DNA of 64,000 nucleotides from Rhynchobatus australiae (Eukaryota): positions 3,252,985 to 3,316,984 of the forward strand of contig JAUZTB010000067.1 in the NCBI GenBank assembly GCA_034780895.1. Reading direction: 5' to 3'. Each line of letters starts with the position of its first letter. Positions within the stretch are counted from its first letter, which is position 1. The translations under genes and the position numbers were made by a program. The notes under the pieces were generated by a model that did not search any database, was not told where the DNA came from, and saw nothing but the letters and a program-made list of their open reading frames with translations. Shown here piece after piece: positions 49,940 to 62,130 of the stretch.

Positions 49940-49972
49940 GCTACAACCACTCAGACCCCGAGCCCACTGACC
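49940..49972 (-). pseudogene. SLX1: SLX1-like putative last exon, start only (3' end uncertain)
   Basis: Acceptor CTCTCCTCTACCTCCAG|GGT (phase 0, matching the upstream exon). GQWARGL resembles the SLX1 C-terminal AHWTDLL. Confidence 0.5.
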
Positions 49973-50601
49973 CTGGAGGTAGAGGAGAGATATGGGTCAC
50001 AGTGGAACGTGGAGACCGGGGAGTGGGGTAGAGAGGAAGAAGCGGGGGAGAGAGGGGAGAGCTGGGAGAGAGAGGAGAGAGGGAGAAGTGGGAAGAGGGA
50101 GGGGAAGGGAGAGGGGGAGATGGGGAAAGATGGGCAGAGGGGGAGTGGGGGAGGGGGCACGGGGTGCAAGAGGGGGAGTGTGTAAGAGGATATGATAGAA
50201 GAGGGTGAAGGGGTGAGGGTAGGGAAAGCGGGAGGAGGAAAGGAGGGTGTGGAGATGGCGAGAGAAGCGCTGGGGAGAGAGACCGGGGAGAGAGATCTGG
50301 GGAGAGACGGAAAAGGGAGAGGGGGTAGAGAGCGGGGAGCGGGTGAAACGAGTGGAGTGATAGAGGAGAGAGAGAGGGAGTGATGGGAAAAGAGTGGGGC
50401 GAGAGAGAGTTTATCCCAGGACACGATAAGGCCCACACCAGTTCCCCACCATCCTGGGAGCCTACGACGGGCGCAGAGTGGGAAGGAACCAGGCGGAAGC
50501 ACCTCCCTCAAGGGAAGAGGTTGTGAGGTCAGAGGCATCCCCATAATCTCCCTCTCAAACTCCAGAGTCTCCGTCCCTTCCTGCTACCCGCCCCTACTCA
50601 C

Positions 50602-50695
50602 CTGCTGATGAGGGGACGATGGAGCGATGGACCGTCGGTAGCCACGGAGACTCTCTCGTTGGATCAGGTGACCCCAGAGCACGGACTCTCCGCAG
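50602..50695 (-). pseudogene. SLX1: SLX1-like exon with a broken splice acceptor
   Basis: CGESVLWGHLIQ versus human CEKSLLWGDLIW (from memory). The donor CAG|GTGAGT is intact, but the acceptor reads CAA instead of CAG. Confidence 0.8.
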
Positions 50696-50787
50696 TTGGT
50701 CAGAGGTCAGAGGGGCGCCCGTAGAGGACCGATGAAGGGGAGATGGAGGCGTGGGGGGCGGCGGGGTTCGGTGGATCGTTTCCTTAC

Positions 50788-50915
50788 CCTGGATACAACC
50801 ATTCGAGGGGCAGCAGCTGCTCGGGGTCTCCCTGCTGGAAGCTCCGGGCCAGGCAGATGATGTGAGATCGTGCTGTGCACCAGGGGTGTGCAGACGAGAT
50901 CAACACCCCGTCCTC
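50788..50915 (-). pseudogene. SLX1: SLX1-like RING-type zinc-finger exon
   Basis: Canonical AG/GT, 128 nt. EDGVLISSAHPWCTARSHIICLARSFQQGDPEQLLPLEWLYP aligns without gaps to human [42 protein letters not shown] (from memory). Confidence 0.85.
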
Positions 50916-51283
50916 CTGCGGGGGGTGTGGGGGAAGCGAAAGAGAGCGGGGTCAGTCAGATCCAGGGATCACCAGCCGGGCACAGTTACACCTCAGAACA
51001 CCCCAACACCACCCACACACCCGAAACTCCAACACCCCGCAACACCCGAACTTCCAACACACCACAACACCACAACATCACCCACAGCACACCAACCCCC
51101 AACACATTCCCCAAAACACCCCAACACCTCCATCACACCCACAACTCCACAACACCACCCACAATACACCAACCTCCAACGCACCACAATACACCAACCT
51201 CCATCGCGCAAGCACACCCCAACGTCCATCGTCCAGAACACCCCAACACCTCCCATAACACCCCAGCCTCCAGCACCTCCCAC

Positions 51284-51788
51284 TGAGGAAGTAAAGGGTT
51301 AAAACCTGTAGCTATACCTATAGCTCTTAGAAAAAAGATACCTCGCAAACAAAGAGCACGCAAGCTGCTGACACAATGGATGAGGTGTTACTTTGTCTGG
51401 GACCTTGGTCAGTCCCGTTATGCCAGACAACAGGAGTACTGGGTGCAATAGACAACGAGGAGGAAGCTCATCCTGAACAATAAGGGGTGATACCTGTCTT
51501 TGAATTTCTTGATTATAACTCGATTTTGCTGGACAATGGGTGCGATGTCTGTCTCGGGACCTCTGTGGCCTGACCGAATCCCGCATGCATTAAGTGTGCG
51601 TGACAATATCTGTATAAATTTCTGCCTGCTCCTTTGTGAGGGGAGAACTCGGTAAGCGACTCTTAACGAGTGCTGGTGAGACCTCTCCCTGGCGGTGCAC
51701 TGCTAATAACCGCGTTTTATTGAATCGACCTCGTGGTACTGTGTTACTTTGCAGCGGATAGAAGGGAGAACTTAGTTTCGAGACCACA
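51284..51788 (+). mobile_element. Solo LTR of the same ERV family
   Basis: TGAGGAAG...GAGACCACA, colinear with both proviral LTRs; no PBS follows. Confidence 0.9.
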
Positions 51789-51789
51789 C

Positions 51790-52420
51790 GTAAAGAATAC
51801 TTTGCTTAAGTATTCACCAGGGAGAGAGACGATTGTGAGGATGGTGTACTCCAGTCTCATATACTCGGTCACGTCGAAGTGATGAAAGAAGTTGTTCTGA
51901 AACTCTTTAAAAACATTAGGATCGATACGTCACCGGTGCGGAACAGGATATATCCAATGTTATTATGGGAAGCGAGGGAAGAAATTTCTGCGCCTTTGGC
52001 AACGATATTTGATGTTGGGAAATGTTCCTTTGTTTAAGAAAAGCGGTAGGGAAAATCCTGGGAATTACAGGCCATTAAGTCTTACTTCAATAGTGGGCAA
52101 CTAACTGGACAATATTATTCGAGACAGGATTACTCGGCATTTAGAGAAACATAGGCTGAATTGGGTAATTCAGAATGGATTTGTCAGGAGCAGGACGTGC
52201 GTCATGAGCCTGACTGAAATCTTTGAGGATGTGACAAAGCACAGTGATGAAGGTAGAGCAGGGGATGTGATGTACATGTATCTTATTGAGGCTTTTGACA
52301 AGGTTCATCATGGAAGGTTGATTCAGAGAGTTAGGAGGCATGGGATCCAGGGAAAGCCAGCTGTGTGGATTCAGAATTAGCTGGCCAATGGAAGTCAGCG
52401 AGTGGTGGTAGATGCAGCAT
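51790..52420 (+). mobile_element. CR1 LINE RT fragment
   Basis: LFKKSGRENPGNYRPLSLTSIVG; QNGFVRSR; VMYM...AFDKV.H. Confidence 0.85.
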
Positions 52421-53169
52421 GTAAGCATCATTTACGAGAAAAACATAACTTGAACATACATTATGCACAACTATGCACAAGAGGCACCCGTTGCAACTGA
52501 ACAGGAGAGGCAACTATATCATGGGAGGGATATTTGCTGGTGCTGCTCCGAAGTATTTAACCTAGACCGGCAGAGGGTTGGGAAGCTGAGCAGGAGACAG
52601 GCCGATGAGAGTTCGACGGTAAATCCTGCCGTCAATGAGAGCAAGTTTATTTCTCTGGACAGGAGCAGGGCAGAGGGAGAGGCAAGACAGATGTATTAAA
52701 CCGATTGAATCAATGCAAGAGGCCTAACGGGCCGTGTGGATGCACTCAGCACATGTATTGTCTCTGGAGACTGAGTTTTATCGACACAACGGAAGGACGG
52801 CTGAAAAAGGGCGGGACTGGCAGCTCAGTGTTCCGGGATACAGGTGTTCCCGGCGGGAGAATTGTGCAGAGGTGCCGTTGCCTGCAAAATAAAATAAGAT
52901 CCGATCGCACTGGACGGAATGCAGGACGGAATGCAGGAAGGGTTCTGGGTGGATTCACTGGGAAGGGTGCAGAGAGGATTAGGGGTGTGTTTGGACTGGA
53001 GAGGGTGCAGACATTATTAGGGGTGTGAATGGACTGGAGCGGGCAGAGAGGATTGGGGATTTATTGCACTGGGGATGGTGAAGAGGAGATGGATTGCAGT
53101 GTCGGGATGTGTATTCTTGACTGAGTCACTGGTGCAGGGGCAGGAATTCATACTCAGGGTCAACTGTGA

Positions 53170-53550
53170 TTTCTTCTGGGGTCGAGGCGACTGGTCCAAG
53201 AGGGAGAGGTTGCATTGAACCAGAAAGGGGCCAATATCCTTGCAAAGAAATTTTCCAGTGCTGCACGGGAGGGATAAAACCAGATTTTCGTGGAGGGGGG
53301 GCGGTGTTGGGTTGGGTAGGATTCCGAGCAGGACCAAGTCCTGGGCTAAAGACAGCGAAAGCAAATCCAGATGTCAGGAGTACTCAGCTAAACTGCATTT
53401 ATTTCAGCGCCCGAGATTAAATAGGTCAGGGAGGCGAACTCAGAGCATGGATTGGCTCTGCGGACTGGGATGCTCTTGATATACTAAAAACATGGCTGAG
53501 AGAAGGGCAAGACTGGTAGCTCAACATTCCAGGATGTAGGTGCAGAGGAA
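53170..53550 (+). mobile_element. CR1 ORF1 end / ORF2 start remnant
   Basis: FWGRGD...RLH.N..GANILA; LNCIYFSAR; TWLREGQDW.LNIPG. Confidence 0.65.
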
Positions 53551-54978
53551 CAGGTAAACGTGAAGGGGCGGAGCCTGTTTGAAAAGGGAGGACGGAACAG
53601 CGATGATCAGCGATGACCTTCCGGGGGATCGGCCAGGAAGGACACATAGGTAGAACATAGTGATCGGGAACGTGAATATGTGGAACAAGGTTCCATGTGC
53701 GGCTGGAGCCGGGCGCAGTCGGTGCCAAGAACTAGAAAAAGGACCGCCGCGGTTTACGTTCTGGTAACCGGAGCACAAAGGGATGAAAAGGGGAAAGCGA
53801 GACGATGTTCAAATACCCTTTGCTTGATCATGCAGATATTCCAATCTGAGGAAAAGTAATGCAGGTGCCAGCTGAGGCGGCCCGGTGCGTCCACTCGGGT
53901 CTGTGAGAATTTAACGCATGCAGTCGCCTTCAATCCTTGCTTGTTAGACCAAGGGCGGGCACCGGGAAGTCCGTGAACTCGCTCTTGTGCAATGACGACA
54001 CAACGTAAAACAAATGATCAAGACCGAAATTATACTCCAGAATATCATGTTCTGAAACGGGATTACAAAGAACTGCATGGAAATTTGTAACAGACACGGA
54101 CGTTAATTCTACTGTGCGATCACACCTCATCAGATCGCACAATTTGAAAGCGACAGCGATGATCGAATGTGGCAGTAGATGGACACTTTAAGGACGACGG
54201 CAGGTGGACATGGCAAACCGGAAGAGGTTAGCCATCTTTCCGGATGCGTTTCGGGAAAAAAAACACGAAAGAGTCGGCGTCACATAATCTGTATCGGTGT
54301 ATCGGAGAACTCCTCATGACGCTTCTGTTCATTCGAGCAGTATGTTATCTGATATCACCGCGACCCTGGAAGATTCAGTTGAGGACAATCAAATATTCAA
54401 CTCAAAAAGAACCAAACACCAAAGTGGAACAAAACAATCCTCCTGATTAATCTAAGCCACCGGGTGGGGAAAGGATGACTGCTGTGAGGGCCGTTTTCTT
54501 GCCACATTTTTTTTACTGGAGGGACAAGCACAGGGCAGCATGAGAACACAAACTGTCGTTACCATTGCTGCAATTGCTCCGATTTCAGACCTCCCATTCA
54601 AGGCCAGCGCGTACTTGGTACCTTGAATGTACAGGATNNNNNNNNNNNNNNNNNNNNNNNNNNNNNNNNNNNNNNNNNNNNNNNNNNNNNNNNNNNNNNN
54701 NNNNNNNNNNNNNNNNNNNNNNNNNNNNNNNNNNNNNAAACTGCAGTCACCATGGCAATTAAACAATTAACAGCATCCGCTCCACATGAAATCAACGACC
54801 GAGACCAACCTACGTGGAAGAACGTTCTATAGGTTTCACGTTTGTCCAGTGGGAAGGAATTTAACTGAGACACCTGAATTATACGGGACAGAACATAAAA
54901 ATCTGATTAACAAGAATGCAATTAGAATTAGCTCCCAAAGAAGAAATTGCCAGAAATGATTTCTCTGTATTTGTATAA

Positions 54979-55016
54979 CTCTTTCATGGAAACTGTGGGT
55001 GGCTCTTAAATGAGCC
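54979..55016 (-). promoter_or_regulatory. Histone 3' stem-loop plus histone downstream element
   Basis: GGCTCATTTAAGAGCC-ACCCA (55016-55001) followed by purine-rich GAAAGAG; one stem mismatch. Confidence 0.85.
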
Positions 55017-55056
55017 GTTGGGATTTTGGTTTGGTTTGTCAGCACTGGGTGTCATT

Positions 55057-55420
55057 TCACTTGGAGCTGGTGTAGTTAGTCACTGCGTTGATCCCTTCCA
55101 ACACAGCGTGTTTGGCCAACTTCCCGGTCAGCAGCAGCTGCACGGACGTCTGGATCTCCCGGGATCTGATGGTCCACCGCTTGTTGTAATGGACCAGCTG
55201 GAAGCCTTGCCCGCGGTGCGCTCAAAAATATCGTTCACGAACGTGTTCATTCCCTTGGAGGAGATGCCATGTCGGGGTGAACCTGCTTCGTCACTTTGCA
55301 GATGTAGATGGAGTAATTCTCCTTCCTCGCCCTCCCGCGCTTTTTGCCCGCCGTGCCTGCAGGTTTAGGCAAGGCGTTCTTGGCGCCCTTCCTGCGGGCG
55401 GATTTCTGCGGCTCAGTCAT
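55057..55420 (-). pseudogene. H2B: Replication-dependent histone H2B pseudogene
   Basis: [26 protein letters not shown] / [17 protein letters not shown] / [40 protein letters not shown]; two frameshifts. Confidence 0.95.
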
Positions 55421-55472
55421 TTCCACGATCACTTGCAGACAAAGAAATAAACGGAACAAGCTCGGAGCGCGG

Positions 55473-55629
55473 ATTTAATAGGCAGCCTCCCCGCCCTACG
55501 CTAATGAGGGATGGCGAGCCGAGCATTTCCATTGGCTGTTGGAGAGATGAATCACCCATCGGATATATTCGGAAAAATCTTTTGATTTGATATCTGCTGG
55601 AACAAACCACAACACGGCGCTCCACCAAT
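55473..55629 (-). promoter_or_regulatory. Decayed H2B promoter
   Basis: TATTAAAT (55480-55473), octamer-like CTCATTAGCGTA, and CCAAT boxes at 55535-55531 (-) and 55625-55629 (+). Confidence 0.6.
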
Positions 55630-55869
55630 CAGAAGCCGCCTCCACTGCCCAGTGTTGGGTCCGGGCAACACTGCGGACTGGGAACTGGCGACGATCTGGG
55701 GCAGTTGTCGCTGCCTATTTTGAGGTAGCAATGGCGGAAGGACAGAGAAAGGGTGCGGGTGAAATTAAAAGAGGAAATGTAAAAAGCAAACCCGAACACG
55801 TTTATTTCATGCACAAGGGCAGCAGGAGATCGGAGCAGCGAGATGTCACGTGAGGCACGTTTCTATGCG

Positions 55870-56215
55870 AAGTTTCATGTCACAGTCGAGCTTATTGTCA
55901 GATGCATAAGTCCATGTCTGCACAGGTGCAATGGAAAACTTAACTGCCCCAGCACTACGGGCACGTAGCATCCGAGATAAAATGTTCACAAGAAAAAAAA
56001 ACAAAACGAAGCAATAGGCATCCAAAATAACGCAAGAAACTACACTAACAGAACAAATAAAAGACCATTGTAGTGTAAATTGGCCAAAGTTTTGCCATGC
56101 TGAGGTAGTGATCAGCGTTGTGTAAATTGGTTCACGAACTGAATGGTTGAAGGGAAGAGGCTGTTCTTCATTCTGACGGTGTGGGACTTCAGGCATCTGT
56201 ACCTCCTGCTAGCTG
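55870..56215 (-). mobile_element. Rex1/Babar-type LINE 3' UTR
   Basis: Matches 14330-14555 in reverse (CTGAAGTCCCACAC..; GACAATAAGCTCGACTGTGAC). Confidence 0.7.
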
Positions 56216-56469
56216 GTGGTTGTCCGTTCAAATGTCAAGAATGACCACACCAAGAAATTAGAGGTCTGTCAGTTTAACTTTAGTCGTAGTGAAATTTTTG
56301 AAATCCATTCCAAGGGAGAGTGTTAACTCAATTTAGAAGGGCGGAGATTAAGCTGGGAAAGGTATTGGGTAAATTCATTGAGGTTGTAACAAGGAGGGGC
56401 GGTGAGGGTTTCAGCAATACCTTTGAGAGATTCCACAAACCAAGCTGGTCACAAATGCTGCACCAGACA

Positions 56470-57162
56470 GTCATAGATATAGTGTGTAGTTCATTCTGTA
56501 CCTGTCACTCTCTTGGGCAGTGTCAGAGTTTTGGGTATATTCTGTACCTGTCAGTCTCTGGTACAGTGTGAGAGTATAGGATTCACACTGTCACCTACAG
56601 TCTCTGCTATTCTGATATAGTGTGGGTGTGTGGCGTTGATTTTGTACCTGTCAGTCACAGGTACAGTGCGAGAGCGTGGGGTTCATTCCAACCCTGTCAT
56701 TCTGTGGTACAGTGTGAATGGGTGGGATTCATACTGTCCCTGACAGTCTCTAGTACTCTGGTATACTTTGAGAGAGTGGGGTTCATTTTGACCCTGACAT
56801 CCTCTTGTATAGTGTGAGAGTGTGGGGTTCATTCTGTACCTGCCAGTGTTTTGTTGAGTGTGAGTGTCTGTATTTATTCTATACCTGTGAATAAATGGTA
56901 CAGTGTAGCAAGTGGAGTTGATTCTATACGTGTCAGTGTGTAGTGCAGAATGGGTATGTTGGTTTCATTCTGTACCTCTCAGTCTCTGGTACCGTGTGAG
57001 AGGGTGGGGTTAGTTCTGAACCTGTCAATCTGTGGTACAGTGAGAGACAGTGAGCCACATTCTGTACCTGTCAGTTTCTGATACAGTGTGAGAGTGTGGG
57101 GTTCATATTGTCCCTCACAGTCTCTGGTACAATGTGAGAGAGTGGAGTTCATTCTGTCCCTG
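56470..57162. repeat. Minisatellite of about 45 bp
   Basis: GGTACAGTGTGAGAGTGTGGGGTTCATTCTGTACCTGTCAGTCTCT-like units in tandem up to a gap. Confidence 0.9.
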
Positions 57163-58539
57163 NNNNNNNNNNNNNNNNNNNNNNNNNNNNNNNNNNNNNN
57201 NNNNNNNNNNNNNNNNNNNNNNNNNNNNNNNNNNNNNNNNNNNNNNNNNNNNNNNNNNNNNNGGACATGGACTGGGGTGAGAGTGACATCGGTGCATTAA
57301 ATTCTCCCCTGACTTGCACAAGTGTATTTTAATATTAAGGGGATAGAGGAGCCTTGGTGCTCAAGTACAAAGACACTTAACGTGACAGCCAATGCAGATA
57401 AGGGTGTGACGCATCCAAACGGGAGAGTTCATTCATGAGGCGGTGCCTGGAATTTATCAGGGGGGTGGCTTTGTTACAAATTTGTTAGAGCTTGAGTCGG
57501 CCCACACTGGAGGGCTGTGTGTAGTTCTGTTCGCCACACTGTAGGGACGGCCAGATTTCGCGAGAGAGGGGACAGAGAGATTCACCAGGATGTCTCTTCC
57601 GTTATAACGGTTCTTCCCTTTGGAAGAGCGGAGACTGCGACATGATGCGATGGGACTGGATCCAGAGTACATGGACTGGAGGTGAATTATCGGGAAACGA
57701 TGGGAGGTCTGAACACCGAGGGAACAGGGAATGTGGCCTGACACCGAAGAGGGAATTCCAACGTCCAGTGCCCGCGCTCAGGGTACAAACGCGAATATTC
57801 ATGTAAAACAGGGAGAGTGACTGGCACCCTGAATGAAGACATTGCCATCGGTCTGTGCAGAAGAAGGGGACGAGTCTCTGTCGGAAATGGAGGGGGTGGC
57901 ACGACAGAGGTTCCAACGGGTAAACACAGACACGAGCAGGGGGTGAATAGACGGACGTCACTCAGTGTGAGCACATCATGTGGGACATGTCGGTCATATG
58001 TTGGCAGACAGTTTCCTGTCAGCATCTGGAAGAGAGGGAGGGTGAGAGCTGAAAAATGCTTTGATCCGTTCATTGATTGACCGGGAAAAGACGAGGGATA
58101 AGAATTACATCCCTGATCTGCTTTCATGAAGTGACGAAATAATCACTCATACTCATTAACAACCTCATTTTTAAATAAAAATGAATTGTATGAATATTTA
58201 CTCGGCAATTAAACCCTGACTGTGCTGACGCGGCGATTCTCATCTTTTGAAGTTTCAGATGCACTCAGTTTGGATGCATCCACCGTTGCAGTTCCTGGTC
58301 TGTCCACATGATGTCCCTATCCTCCAACAGATGCCTATACACAACGCCGAGTAACTATTCAGCTGAGAGTCGACATCTGCAACATCTGATGAGTTGTGAA
58401 TAGAGGCTCATATTAGCTGTGAATCAGTCAAAACCCTGCTTTTTCAATGATACGCAGTTTACCCCAAAATTAAGTCACACTCCCGGCGTCTCTAAGAGGA
58501 GATATTTCTCATAATATCCCAGAACACTCCGATCTCACA

Positions 58540-59190
58540 ATAGTCATGATATTCCTGTTTCTGGCCAGTGTTAACACCCGGGGTTTTGATGTTCGGGGAC
58601 AGTGATGGTAAAACAAGGGAATACCAATGTTGGATGTTTTGACCTTCTCCTGTCGGTGATGGTCATTGCCTGGAACTTCTGTTGAGAGAACATTACTTGT
58701 GAGTGGTCAGCCCATCCCCGGATGTCTTGGTGTACGCAGGAATGGATGCTTCATTTCTGGGGAGTGGGAAGATAACTAAATCGTCAGCGATCATCCCCAC
58801 TTGTGACGGAAGGAAAGTTGATGATGAAACAGCTGAATGTGGCTAAGTGTTGTGGCGGGGGGCGTGGAATCCTGCGGTGATGTCCCACACCTCCCTTCCC
58901 CACTCTCATTTCAGCTTGATATGAACTTTTACCCCTGTTCCCTGGATGTGACAATGCATTTTCGACCTGGAACGTTAAGATGATGGGCAGCTGACAACTA
59001 CAACAGTTTTCCACTGCGCGGGAGATAACTCTGACCTTGCAGTATCTCCCTTTGGTTCCCGTTAGCTTCAGTTTCATCAACACTTGTTGATGTCGCGCTT
59101 TGTCAAAGGCTGCACTCTTGCCAACTGCAGGCAACCTCTTAGTTATACTGGAGGAAGTCATGTTGGAACCAGTGAATAATTGTCGGTCAC
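58540..59190 (-). mobile_element. Old LINE RT remnant (CR1/L2-group)
   Basis: [14 protein letters not shown]; FSCFIINFP; QVMF...FQAMTI, all decayed. Confidence 0.55.
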
Positions 59191-59194
59191 CTTC

Positions 59195-59502
<308 letters not shown>

Positions 59503-59602
59503 NNNNNNNNNNNNNNNNNNNNNNNNNNNNNNNNNNNNNNNNNNNNNNNNNNNNNNNNNNNNNNNNNNNNNNNNNNNNNNNNNNNNNNNNNNNNNNNNNN
59601 NN

Positions 59603-59755
59603 TCAAGAGATTGTTGGATAGGCATATGGAGGAAAATGGGATAGAAGGATATGCGGGAGGAAGGGGTTAGATAATGTGAGGTGTGGTTTGATGGGCGGCA
59701 CAAAAGGATGGGCCGAAGGGCCTGTATTGTGCTGTATTGTTATATGGTTCTATGG
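59603..59755 (+). mobile_element. CR1 LINE 3' tail
   Basis: Similar to 24600-24750. Confidence 0.8.
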
Positions 59756-60779
59756 TTAAAGGAAATAGAAAAATAAATTTGAAGAATTTTAGGGACCGGT
59801 GTACACATATTTGATTACTGAGGCGGAAAAGGATTCCACTGATAACGGAAGGCATCCGAGTAACGGTCGAAATCAGCCTGTTGTGGTCTTATTAAATTGC
59901 GCCGGAGGGTTAAGGGGGCGTGCCAGCAATACCGTAAATGAACGCGGATGTCTCTATGAACATCAGTATGTTCAGCCGCCCTTGATCGTGAACCCCATTT
60001 CATGTTAGTATCGAGTTTATACTCGTTGGTACGTCTATTTGTTTTCTTTACTGCCTCGGTCACGTTTTCAGTAGATCTGCTGTTCATCAGATGTATCACA
60101 GCATTGGAGTCATGGAGACACTGAGTTGCACAGCCCATTCATGCACAAGTTCCACGCCAGCTTTTCAATCCATCTGCACCAGTCCAATTTCCGCGAATTA
60201 GGACTACAGGCTTCAGTTTTGCCTATTTAATTTTCCATCTAAATGGAACTAATTATATATGATTCCGCTTCCCCTCTCTAATAGCAACCTGCAGTTGTTA
60301 ACCAGTCTGTATAAGAGAGTGCAATATGCAATGTGTTTAGTTCAGCAATGTTTTAAAATTATCGTTAACCGTGTTCAACAATTAAGGATATTTCATGCTG
60401 CAACCTGTTTGATGAACAATGTTTGTCAGTTCTCTATGTTCTATCCGAAAGATAAACACTCCTCCCCACTGCATATGACCCCGGCCATGACAGCCCAGGA
60501 CCGCACATCTTTCCGCCAAGTTACACTTTACTCTTCGAAACTCCGGTATGTAAAGCTTCAGACTGTCGTTAGCTTTTCTGATAGGTATTTCACGTCCACA
60601 TTCAACAATATGGGGCGTGATGTCTCATAAATAATATTGGTGGCAGAGAAATAGAATAAAAAAAACAAACTGCAGATTTTTTGGGAAGACACAAATTGCG
60701 GCAGCTGATATATGACACTGAGTGATGCCAAACTTCATCCAGTTTCGCCTGTTGCACGTGGAAACGGAAGGCTCGTCGC

Positions 60780-61930
60780 ACTAGCGATGGAACAATGTTG
60801 ATTCCCTCCCGGAGGAAATTAAATATCAATGGAAAACAAATAAAACTACGGATGCTGGAATCTGAAACAGAAATATTGCAAGAACTTAGCCAGTCAAGCA
60901 GCATCTGTGGAATCAGAAAACGTTTAACGCGTCAGATCAAATTCCGTTGATAAGAACCGATAAAGGGAGAATGAAACTTCGTCTAACGGGCACAGCTGAT
61001 CGCGGAAGCCAATTGGTGGAACAAAACCACCGTCTGTAACAGGGTGACATAATATTCCACCTTTGAATGGACAATTATCCATTTGCTGTGCAATGTGCTG
61101 CAAATGTTGTGAAATATAGATGATAGAGTCTGACCGCCCTGAGTGCGTTGATCATGCCAATACAATGGACATATGAAATTAAATTAATGGCATGGGACAT
61201 GGTCAGTCATGATACAAGCAGGCAGAAAGAACTATTTAATTCTTTCTAGAACTAGATAGCGGCATGGTAGCGTAGCGGTTAGCGCGACGCTATTACAGCG
61301 CCNNNNNNNNNNNNNNNNNNNNNNNNNNNNNNNNNNNNNNNNNNNNNNNNNNNNNNNNNNNNNNNNNNNNNNNNNNNNNNNNNNNNNNNNNNNNNNNNNN
61401 NNCGCACAAGCGATGGAACAATGTTGATTCCCTCCCGGAGGAAATTAAATGTCAATGGAAAACAAATAAAACTACGGATGATGTAATCTGAAACAGAAAT
61501 GTTGCAAGAACTCACCTAGTCAAGCAGCATCTGTGGAATCAGAAAACGTTTAACCTATCAGATCAAATTCCGTTGATCAGAACCGATAAATAGAGAATGA
61601 AACTTAGTCCAACGGGCAGAGCTGATCGAGCAGGCCAATGGGTGGAAGAAAACCACCGTCTGTAACAGGGTGACATAATGTTCCACCTTTGAATGGACAA
61701 TTAACCATTTGTTGTGCAATGTGCTGCTAATGTTGTGAATTATTGATGATATAGTCTGACCGACCTGAATGCCAATACAATGGACATATTAAATGAAATT
61801 AATGACATGGGAAATGGTCAGTCATGATACAAGCGGGCAGAAACAACTAGTGACTAGTCTCTATGACTCTTTCTGGAACCAGTTACCGGCACGGTAGCGT
61901 GCCGGTTAGCCCGACGCTATTACAGCTCCT
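60780..61930 (+). repeat. Tandem duplication of about 520 bp (60780-61302 and 61403-61930), each copy ending in a SINE head
   Basis: AGCGATGGAACAATGTTGATTCCCTCCCGGAGG...GGTAGCGT..CGGTTAGC.CGACGCTATTACAGC occurs in both copies. Confidence 0.9.
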
Positions 61931-62130
61931 GCGATCGGGGTTCGATACACGTCGCTGTCTGTAAGGAGTTTGTACGTTCTCCCCGTGTCTGTATGGGTTT
62001 CCTCCGGGTGCTCCTGTTTCCTTCCACATTCCAAAGACGTACGGGTAGGTTAATTTGTGGTTTAAAATGGGCGGTGTGGACTCGTTGGGCCGGAAGGGCC
62101 CGTTACCACGCTGTAAATAAAATTTAATTT
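61888..62130 (+). mobile_element. Full-length tRNA-derived V-SINE (HE1-like)
   Basis: A-box-like GGTAGCGTGCCGG, B box GGTTCGATAC, V-domain, CR1-like tail GGGCCGGAAGGGCC and AT-rich end. Confidence 0.88.

Noticed and set aside
49282-51302. ORFs of 249, 197, 183 and 165 aa rich in Pro, Thr and His
   Set aside because: They translate minisatellite and low-complexity intron sequence. The real signal is the short SLX1-like exons.
57687-58380. Acceptor-like sites at 58025 and near 58375 suggesting terminal exons
   Set aside because: The frames close quickly and no product was recognised; support is insufficient.
61888-61960. Functional tRNA gene
   Set aside because: The A/B boxes belong to a SINE head followed by a V-domain and LINE tail; there is no cloverleaf.
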